DNA of 54,919 bases, the filler included, from Sphacelaria rigidula (taxonomy: Eukaryota): NCBI GenBank assembly GCA_964200075.2. It is 4 parts of 4 records of this genome, joined end to end, with 100 filler letters (N's around TTAATTAATTAA, not from the genome) between each part and the next. Parts side by side here need not be neighbours in the genome. Positions count along the whole stretch, not along the records: positions 27,516 to 41,169 come from CAXNAA020002742.1; positions 41,270 to 54,919 come from CAXNAA020002743.1; 2 more parts are not named here. One strand, 5' to 3'. This document shows positions 37,858-47,961 of the stretch, in pieces. The first letter of the stretch is position 1, and each line of letters opens with the position of its first letter. The position numbers and the translations under genes are program-made. The notes beneath the pieces are model-generated. The model saw only the letters and a program-made list of their open reading frames with translations, ran no database searches and was not told where the DNA came from.

Positions 37858-38529
37858 GAGCTTTCGAGTTTGGTCTCGAACCGTGCAGACCGATCCGAGT
37901 AACAGTCCAGTATGATCGAATCGAACTTCGAGAAAAGTAGGGTACGACTTCTTGAGAAGACGAGCACAAGAAAACTCACGAGCACATCTCGAGTCCTACT
38001 CTTTCACTCTTCACTCTTTCAATTTCTCAACATAGACTGCAACAGTCCTTTGTTCTCTGCAAGTTTTTGTTGGCCATAAGCGACGATGTAACAACAACAT
38101 ATTTTTGTACAGTTGAGCGAGAGCTATATAGCTGGACAGCTAGCTCGGTAGCTCGACATCGAACACCGCCAGCCTACTGTAGCCATTTGTGGGTGTACAA
38201 GAAGATATCCATTACATGCTGCTACAATATAAACTCTTCGTTCAGTTCGTTGCGTACGTATGTGATTGTGGCGACTGACTTCATCTCATCCCAAAATATC
38301 TTTCAACCATCACTGGACGCTCCTCGTTGCATCCATCTTCATGAGGATGAACAGCCAATTGGAGTGATGCGGCAAATGATCCCGACGGTGAGCGGGCTAA
38401 GGGCTATTCTACGCGCGACAACCTCTCCCAAGATCGGTCTCTGCAGCGAACGGCATGCTCCCAAGAGATACAGTCTCAACGAACTTACGCGCGACGTAGC
38501 CAGAAACTTGTCCGCAAAGTTGTTACGTC

Positions 38530-38853
38530 TGGCCTAGCAACGAGAACACCAAGCACCGCAAGCACGGACACGCGGCCTTGCTCATCTCCGCCTCGCACGA
38601 ACGCTTGATGGAGATAATGTCTGCGGGTGTCGCACCTTCCGATAGGCCGAGGGGTTCGAAGATCTTGCCGTCACCGAACGGAACTCCAGGCAAAGTCGCA
38701 ACGTGGTCGGATCTCGCGCTCATGCTCAGGCCAGAGGACGAGGCGCTTGCAGGGCGGGCGGCCCGCAGGGTAGTCATAGGCGCGACGAAGGCGGCGGTGG
38801 GGGCCACCAGGACGGCGGCAGAGGCAAACAAACATCCGGGTAGAGGTCTTCAT
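38530..38853 (-). pseudogene. LHCX: LHCX/LI818-type light-harvesting protein pseudogene (exon 1 paralog)
   Basis: Aligns along its length with 40261-40572. It has a +1 frameshift after MKTSTRMF, a 9-nt insertion (DIISIKR), a further indel destroying EIKHGR, and loss of the GT donor. No downstream LHC exon was found. Confidence 0.82.
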
Positions 38854-40260
38854 ACTACTGTTGCTGGTATAAGTTGTGGTGGTGAAGACTTTGAAGAATT
38901 GAGAGGAAGAACGGTCTGAGAGTGACTGCGTTATGAGCGGGGGGGGGGGGGGGGGGCCACCCGACCCTGCGTGTGGCGAGACCACGCGTGCTGCGTGGTC
39001 AGAACTCAGTGCGTTGAAAAATCGGCAACAAAAGTTATGACAAGAGACAAAAGCGCGCTACTGCCATACCCTTTGACCAGCAACGACCGCTCACGCGTGA
39101 GCGGGAGCTGTGACACCCCCACTGTGTGGCAAAATTTGAATATTGAGAACGCCTCCAAACATTTATGCCGAAATGGCATGTTCCTCGCTGTCTTCAATGC
39201 AGGTTGCTGGGCTCACTTTGTTTGTGATATAAAAAGTTCGGACTAGCAGTTAGGGGTAAGACGTATTGCAGTTTAAGAGTGTAGAACTTACAAAAAGGGC
39301 AGGATGAAGGCGGAACGGCATACCAAAAATGCACAAGGCAAAATGCACGCCTGCGGAAATATCGACGACTTTATCATCATGATGATGAGTTCAGCCGAGG
39401 TTCAGTGCAATTGATATGATCGTCTTGTGTGATACCCTCCGGTTCAGCGCACGGTGCTGATTCCCAAACCTCACGGTTGACTGTACTTCGCCTTTATGTT
39501 TGAGAGTCAAACCTTCATGATGCCGCCCTATCCTGGACTCGAACTCGTCTGAAAACAGCGGGCAAGGGTGGTTGACAAGATGCACTAGGCAAGCTGTGCT
39601 CTAGTAGAGCTCAATTCAACGTCCCCAGCGCGCTGGGCGAGTACTCGGGAGTAGCTGTGTAAGAGAGACGCCGCATCAACCATCTCATTTTTTGGATAAA
39701 GGTGAAGGTTTAGGTAAGCTGAACTCTGTCGGAGGAACATATTTTCAGTGGGAGTTTGTTCCAGTTCGGGACCATGATGTTCATGGATGACACATGCTGG
39801 AAACGACGCTAACCCTAACCCCGACACCAACCCGAGGCATACCGAGAACCCGGGCAAGGGGTGTGAAACAAAGGCCACAAGCAAAGAGTATTGTGGCAGA
39901 CCTCAAATGACGCCGATTTGGACAAAACGAGATCTGCTTCAGACGGAAAGTACGTAGGAATGGCACGCCCACCAAAAGATCTGAATATCTCTATTTAGTG
40001 TTGTGCATTCAAATGAAGTGAAATATCAACCATGAATATGATGCCCCGACATGGGACAATTTCTACTGACAGTCACCGCCTGAGGGGTGATTTTAATTTT
40101 GCTCCACACCGTACGGTAGTTGTAGAAGAAAATCTTCGCACCCACTCACCCTCTCCCCACCAGAGCACCTTCCTTACAAGTGAATCTATCCCAGCTAATC
40201 CCACGCTTTATAGCCCCGAGTAAGGCGAGTAAGGAACCGTATTGACCTATTTGAATCACC

Positions 40261-40572
40261 ATGAAGACCTCTACCCAGATGTTCTTTGCCTCTGCCGCCG
40301 TCCTGGTGGCCTCCTCCACAGCGTTCGTTGCGCCTGCGACTGCCCTGCGCGCCACCCGCCCTACAATCGCCTCGTCGTCAAGCCTGAGCATGAGCGCGGG
40401 ATCCGACTACGTTGCGACTTTGCCTGGAGCTCCGTTCGGTGACGGCAAGGTCTTCGACCCCCTCGGTCTGTCTCAAGGTGCAGCTCCCGGAGACATCAAG
40501 CGTTGGCGCGAGGCGGAAATCAAGCATGGCCGCGTGTCCATGCTCGCGGCGGTTGGTGTTCTCGTTGCCGAG
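40261..40572 (+). CDS. LHCX: Fucoxanthin-chlorophyll a/c light-harvesting protein, LHCX/LI818-like; exon 1 only (rest beyond contig end)
   Basis: Signal peptide with ASAFAP-type cleavage site (SSTA-FVAP), Ser/Thr/Arg-rich transit peptide, FDPLGL carotenoid motif and helix 1 WREAEIKHGRVSMLA. Donor GAG|GTGATG at 40572. The LHC family is certain; the LHCX subfamily is a recall-based call. Confidence 0.88.
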
Positions 40573-41082
40573 GTGATGGCCGCTGTGTGTTGTATCCAGT
40601 TCACAATTATTCTCTGTGAGAGGCGCAGTGGCGGTACGAACAGCGCCGTCCGGCAATAAGTATCCATGTACCGTGCACTGATGATCAATTGCGAGCCCAT
40701 TCGCTGTCGCATTGCACCCAGTAGGCGCCTTGAATGGTTTCAGCAGAGTCAAGGTATCTCGCAGTTGAGGTTTAAGAGTGTACCGGGAACATCGAGTTCG
40801 AGACACCTCAAGTGACAATAGTTTCAATGTATATGTTGATATCAACTGCCGCGTGAGAATAGCGGGCGCGATTTATCATAGCGTTGTGAAGGATGAGACG
40901 TTTGTACCCGCTCTAAAGTGTTATGCTGCTGTACTTGGCAAGGTCGGGAAAGTGGGATATAGACTCCTCCTCTCGGTGCGGTGATTGATCGGTAGTATCC
41001 AGTTATGATGGTAGTATTCCCTGTTTGGGGGGCAGAAACCGTGTCAAAATGTCCCAGAAGTGAACAATATCCCCCCCCCACC

Positions 41083-41117
<35 letters not shown>

Positions 41118-41169
41118 TCGCCGCGCGGCGGGGCGGCGGGGGACCAGCGCCGGAGGAGCGAGCAACGGG

Positions 41170-41269
41170 NNNNNNNNNNNNNNNNNNNNNNNNNNNNNNN
41201 NNNNNNNNNNNNNTTAATTAATTAANNNNNNNNNNNNNNNNNNNNNNNNNNNNNNNNNNNNNNNNNNNN
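41170..41269. other. Artificial contig spacer N44-TTAATTAATTAA-N44
   Basis: Identical to the other two spacers. Confidence 0.97.
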
Positions 41270-42568
41270 CTCGTCCAGGCCCAATTCGACGAATTATGGG
41301 CTGAAATTTTACAGGAGTGCCCGGGACGCGATTGCCCACCACCTGGTTGAACGTACATTCGTTACTTTTAATTTAACACGGAGTTATGGCGATTTTACTG
41401 GTTTCGTATAAACTACAAGTCGCTCTAACTTATTTATTATTATATTTTTTCAAGTGTACAGACACTGGTCCTGTCCGGATTGGTGATGAAAGTGTTGGTG
41501 ATAAAAATGTTGTGTCAAATTTTCAGCGCCTAACGCTTCGAATTACCGCCTGCCGGCCTTTTCCGCTGTTTCGTTATCCTCACAGCTGGCCCAGCTCGTA
41601 TGAACGAACTAGTGCACAATCATGATGGTATATTTTCAATGTGCCCCTGCGTATTCAACATGGTATATTATATTGATCATCACGCATTTGTCTACGCATG
41701 ATTTGACTTGACTAGATGCTTGTTCGCTCTAGGGCATCGGCTCGCACAGTAGAGATACGCATGTTGTGGACAACTATGAACAGTCACTATTCTGTTTGTA
41801 ACAATAATACCTCGACTCTGCACATTCATTAGAAAAGGAAACGGTGTCAAACCTCGAACATGCACAAACTCAAATGTGAGCTCTTTTTTTCAACGTTTTT
41901 TACAACCAATCACAGGAAACGTCGGCAGCATGCGTCAAGTTTTAATTTTTGGACGCCATAAGATATATGTACACATTTGTATGTCACCAACCAAGAAGAA
42001 AAAACCACCAAGCTTGCAACAATTAGAATGTCCAGACTAATGGATGGAGGGGAAAATAAATCCAGCACTCGACTGCTGCCGAGATAGCAACCCTCCGAAC
42101 CGGCCAAAAACGTGCACGGGGGGTGATGGTCATAAATACCGTTAGAGCTGGTTGCGTGCTGCACGACGCGACTCATTTGGTCGTTATGGCTGATTTCGGA
42201 CTGCTACACGTCTCTCATGCGGGTGAAATTGCTGCGAACGAGCCCAATACTGGGATTGCAGCTGGTTTGTCGGACGGTCTCCAGTGCACTTTTTGTGGGG
42301 GGGTTATCTCGGCATTAGTCACTCGTCAAACATGAAGGAAAGGCGAAGCGACAGTACCACCTCCTCATACTCCGAAGGACAGCTGCGTTATCTACTGTCA
42401 TCTGCAGCTTTGCATTGACCGTGACCTCATACCTACTCCGCCACGCCACCCCTATGTTGCCGTTGGCAATCACCCCCGCTGAATCATACCACTAAACCCT
42501 AAACCCACGAGGCACCAGCGGTGTGTGGTGTGTGAAAGGTATCTTGTGGAGTGAGGGATGGGGGGGGG

Positions 42569-42824
42569 CGGGGTTGCACATCAAGTGGGGGTCTGTCCTT
42601 CGGGAAATACCACCCCTCTGCGTTTCCTGTTCCGACGGTTTCGAGAGATTGAGCTAATGTGACGAAAATAAACAAAAAATATCGAGCGTATCGATGTTCT
42701 ATCTTCGGTAGTCGATATTGATACATATGACATATATCGATTTTCTACGCTCCGATACCGATATGACATATCGCCGATATTTATCGAAATCTTATCGATT
42801 TTCGATATCCGATGTGCAACCCTG
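42569..42824. mobile_element. Putative hAT-like MITE remnant with ATCGAT/CGATAT-rich subterminal repeats
   Basis: Ends cggggttgcacatc and gatgtgcaaccctg are inverted repeats, with many atcgat/cgatat motifs at 42680-42812. No clear TSD. Confidence 0.5.
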
Positions 42825-43879
42825 GAAAATACATATATGACCCCCAAATTTTGTTTTTTAATCCTAAACTTGCATGGCGTGCAGTAATTGGCAATAGCTA
42901 CCGGCACGTGAAGGAATGCAGCCATATTTCGAAACACCGGTCCACAGATGAAGATTTTAATCATCTGACTTATCATCCTCAGTGAAAACCTCCGATCTCA
43001 ATTTTAATGATTCGGTTGTTATCCTTCATAACAAATATTCCCGGTGGTTCGCCCGCCGTGCAGGGCGCCATAGACGACGCCTCACGACTGGAGTCGACGC
43101 GCGTACGGTGGTCGTTTTGCACAGTTTTCTAAAAGGTTCACTGCTAGACCATGCCTTGATCCTGATTTTGTTGCATGAGTCATTCGATTAGTATAAAAAA
43201 GTATCCTAAGATACAACCTGCGACTCGCCCAAGGGCGTCGCCGGACTACCCGCCGTGGACGTCTGCACCCAAGGGCGCACTGCACCCAGCATTATACAAC
43301 AACCCACCGCACGGAATACAACTTCCGCCTACAGAAGATAGTTGCCAGGGTAATACATATACCTCCGCAACTCATTTGCAGGAAACATGTCTCCAACTTT
43401 CTTTTCAGGTTCAATCAAAACGCGAATTCATTGCCGTGGCCTTCGCCCGCTTCCAATGTCGAGTCCTCTCCCTCCGAGCCGCTACACTCAGAGTTTGAAT
43501 CTCCAACCCAGATCCCGGCTGAATGCTTCAATCCGCCCTCTGTGAGGCCATCTCGACCGCCGTCGCAACAATTGCGCCTGGTAGAATCTGGTCCCGGATC
43601 TGATTCCTCTCCCGCCATCCTCCCGCCGTCTCGCTGGAACGACTCTCCACCACGACTACCAACAGCTGCCATACCGTCCTCCGGTAGAGGCGAGCCGCGG
43701 CGGATGCCATATGTTGCACTTTACTGGGGGCGTCTGGTTGCATTGGTGGTATTGTGGCCGTGCCCAGCGCTCGTGCCGATGCTTCTGCGGGGTCCGATGC
43801 TGGTACTGTGGTGGCGCCCGGTGCTTGAGCGGCGTCGCTCGCCTCGGCTTCGGCGTTGGTGACCCCTATATCGGCGCCA

Positions 43880-46700
43880 TGCTCGGAGTAGTAGTATATG
43901 GCCACCATTTTACCCCACATTGCTTCGAGAACACGCTGGTGGTATGGTGTGCCATCCGGTAGTTGCTAGCCTCCGATGCGTTTGTTCCGTCCACACCAAG
44001 TGCCTCTGCGATGGACTCTACCCCTGCCCCCCCAATACCGGTTAAGGATCGCCCTCGCCATATGGCACAGAAGGTGTCAGTCACCCCCGTATAACCTGAG
44101 CCAGTGATGGTTGCCGGGGTTACTCTGGATGAGGTGGAACATGAAGCGAAATGTTTCGTCGTCGCCGGCAACCATACATGCCGCCGCCGCGCCCCTCTCA
44201 TCCACACGGCGTTTATCACCGAGACGGTCGATGGCGGCCTTCGAGTCGGACCAACTCTTCGTAGTGCCCAGTTGCATGAAGAGGTACTTGAACACCTGCG
44301 GATCCCTCTGCACCATCGGCATTGCCTAGTGAGGCAATTTGAGCATGAGACCAAACGAGGGCGGATTATGCGGGGTATACAATCTGTTAGGAATGTTTTG
44401 TCCTCACACCCTCAATTCATATCCTTTTGCGAGGTGGGCACATGGTGTCGTGGGACCACCCTGTATCTACCGCTGTACGCAACTTTCAATCTGACATCTC
44501 AATTAGGAGGAGCATTCCTGCATCCTCAAAAATGTTGCCACCTGGTATTCTTCTCCTACTTGATTACTCGTATTTTTTCACGATGGGGATAAAATACCGG
44601 ATAGGCAAAATACGAACGGCGGCTATAGGGATATTGAACCCGCAGCTTTCCAGACTACTTCGTACAAGTAAATTAAGTTGGATTATCCCGGCGCAGCGGC
44701 TGCGCGAATATATACATTTATACATATATATGTATACATCAGTACTGTAGAACACTAACCGATATGTAAACAACCTTAGGTTCAAGCGAGCTCAGCCCCA
44801 ACATCAAAATATGATCACGCCGCCGGGCCACACGCAGAGGCGCGTCATGTTGCCATGAAACTGGAGAAGAGTTCGAAAAGTTCGCGTAAACGTTCATACT
44901 TAGAGTACCCAAAAAAAGACTACTCTGTTCACCTGTCTGAGTTCGGTCTCCACGCAGGTGTCGATGTGGCCACCTTCACCTCCGATCCTTGCCACCGCGC
45001 AACGGAATACTGCATCGTCGAAGATGGAGAGGTAATGCTGCCACTGCTCGCCGTCCCGGTGCCAGAGGGGTCCCGTTGTCATTTCCGCGGCCGCCGGCCC
45101 ACCTTGCCGGCGGTGCACGTGCATGAGCGATAGATGCCCAGGCAGATTTCCACAGCCACGTAGGTGGCCGATACAGTACTCACATGTGCGCCGACCCCCG
45201 TAACACTCGTCGTCGGCCGAAAATCACAGTTGTCCCAACGAATCGCAGCAGCCGTCAATGCACGGGCCATGAGATGTTGTCCAACCTCGACTTCACGTAG
45301 AACTGCTGCCACTTGTAATGCATTGACTCTGTCATGCAAAGTTCGTGGGTGACGACATCGACAATAATAGCCCGCGTGTTCCGTGCGTTTTCAACATCTG
45401 CGCTAAATGGAAGTCATGCATTGCTCTGAATCCCCGGTCTAAAACAGTTTTCACGAGGTTTTGCGCGAGCATATACAGCCTCCCAACCTGCCTCTTCCTC
45501 GTCCTCATCTTATTGCACAACGCCTTTTCCCGCGGTGTCGACCCACGCGCTCTGATGTTGGCGACGGAGCCCCCTTGCCTAGCACTCCTTCCGTCCTCCA
45601 CGGTTGGAAAAAGCAAGTCTGGATCATCACTCAATACACTCAAATGGCACAGACGGCTCAGCAATGGCAACAGCGTCGGCGGCGTATCATCCTTCAGGAA
45701 CGGATTCATGGCTCGAATATTCCTCGATATGTCCGCTGCGTATTTTTGGTCCCTATTCCCGGATACGTTCCTCAGTTCTTGTGCACTCTCGACGTCCATC
45801 CTGCCCACTCGCGATCACTACAGCCCGTTTCTCCTCTGCCGAACCGGCAGCTGTCACCCGCTAGAGTGCACGCTCAACCGGTTGACCACTGTCGATCTGG
45901 GCGGTGAGGCAGGAGACGGAACGCTCCAGTTATCGTACCCTTGCACGCATGTTGCGAAGTTCAACGTCGGCCGCCATGGCTACCTCGGGCGTCACCACCG
46001 ATGGAACGAGGTAGATGAACTTGCGCCGTACATCGCATGCAGCCCCCTCGACCCGCTCATCTTCTCACGCTTGGCGTCGACTGCGCCGGCCGCAACCACC
46101 ACATCGAAACTTCTCAGCGCTCGCTCGCTGATGCGCTTGTCTAGAACAACCCGGGTGTTTGCTGAGGTTTGGCTTCGGTCAGCCAGAAGTGAACATCCTC
46201 GAGCCCCACCACGCGCCCCGCCTCAACGGGCGCAATGACTTCATGGTGTGCTCCTGCAACAAAGTCTGGCTCGGCAGGGGTAAGGAGGTAGTTCAACCAA
46301 CGGTCGCGGGTGTGCAGCAAAGCGGAGGGAGCGACTTTGCCGTCTGTCTATCACCTGTAACCCTGCGTCGGTCAAGGGAGCGCCACAAACAATCATGCCG
46401 GCTGCATGAGCAATCTGCAGTCGGTTGGTAGCATTGCAAAAGCGCAGCCGTTTGTACACCATCATCATCCGCACACGACTCCAGAAACAGCCGAGCCTCC
46501 GGTGATCGTGCCGCACCAAGATGACGCCAGGCATTGCCTTCGTGGGTCCCTGGTTGATGGCCGACGAAGCACAGTCGCGATCCCGTGTCGTGTATCTGAC
46601 CGCAAGAGGAGCACGTGTTGCATCCATTGTCGACGACGGAGAGCTGGATGCCACACATATCGCGACCGCAAACCCGTTTCCGTCCTCTACGCTCCTTCAT
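43880..46700 (-). mobile_element. Decayed Academ/DUF6589-like DNA transposase pseudogene
   Basis: In minus-strand order: Cys-rich N-terminal segments, HLAQMLKTHGTRGLLLSM, IRWDNCDFRPTTSVTG, MVAGDDETFRFMFHL...WLRLYGGD*HLL (TGG to TGA), and YWGAGVESIAEALG...SNYRMAHH. Stops and frameshifts are present, and an unrelated insert lies at about 44345-44830. Confidence 0.6.
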
Positions 46701-47703
46701 ACCACTAACCGGATTACACCCTGCCAACGCGGCATGATCCCTCGAGCAGCTGGCACGATCCCGGGGGGGACCTTGACAACTAGCGCGTCGCCTCGAAATC
46801 CTCCCTCTTTCACCACGCGCGCGATGTTCACTACCATCAGTGCCGGGGAGTGGTGTCTGGCGGTCGGGATGCCTCATCACCTGGCTGGCAGCCCCGTCCG
46901 TTGGCGCCGGCGCTACGTGCTCTTGTTCCGAATCCGCCAGTGATGAGCTGCCGACACGTTACATCCGGCCCGGGTCGACATTTAAAATTGTTACGTTATG
47001 TGTTCGGACCGTCGTTGCATCTCTCCAACCCCTGGTTTTCTACAGATGCGCCATCAGCGGACGCGATGGATGCCTCCGAGGCACTGGAACAGTACAGTCG
47101 CCGCATCGTTTCCGTACGAAACGGGGCTCGGCCACCTTGGCGCTGAGCCCCATTCGCCTGCGTAACCCCCGGCGATGTCCCATTTTCCACCGAAGCTGTT
47201 TGTTCGGAGTGCGTATGTGGAGATCTGCTTTCAATTTGTCGGATGGGATGTCGGCGGGAGTGGTGCAGGCACTTCACTACCTGTCCGGACGAGACGGGAT
47301 AACGATAGACAGGCCCAACGTGTCAACCGCGTGGTCTTTTTGATTTTGCGGTTGTAAGAGTCGGAGGTTCGTGTGACAGAGTTTCATCCCCACAGGTAGG
47401 CATCCGCATTTTTCATGCTAAAAAATCACAATCATCAGCAGGAACAAGGGGAAAGCAGTCAGGTGCGCGGGATCTGCAACACTTCTATTTCGCGCGGCAT
47501 TAGTGCATCAGGGGTGTTGTGGTACTCTTACCTCGAGATCGATTGTGGTGCCGAATCTCACGCTCGGCCTGCCGCGGCCGGCGTCGCAGGGTTGCTCCAG
47601 ATGTTGCGCCTCAACTGTGACTCTTCGGGATCTTCCACATCTGCGGTCAGCAAGTTTACCGGGGAGTGGGTGTGTGTAGCATTGTACGTCAATTACTTTG
47701 ATC

Positions 47704-47961
47704 GGTGACGAAAATAAGCCGTACGTTGAGTTGGTAGTGATAATATGGATAATGACCAGGGGCACGGAGATTCTGGAGGGTTATGGATAATGACCGGGGA
47801 CACGCAGATGGTAACTGCAGGTCCAGAAAACTGATGCCCTGGAAGGGCACTCCTGAGTAATGAGAATATTGTAAAGGCTGACAACTGAAACTGAGGCCAG
47901 TAAGACTGAGCAGTCCCTCAACAGCAGTGATCCGACAGTGCTTCCACTGGCTGGCGTCACA
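47704..47961 (+). repeat. 5' LTR
   Basis: Ungapped match to 52351-52608 with about 22 mismatches in 258 bp by manual count (about 91%). Ends in tcaca. Confidence 0.92.

Noticed and set aside
39809-39822. Telomere (ctaaccctaacc; also gttagggttatggttagg at about 6489)
   Set aside because: Only about two units, located inside contigs. These are interstitial motifs within repeats.
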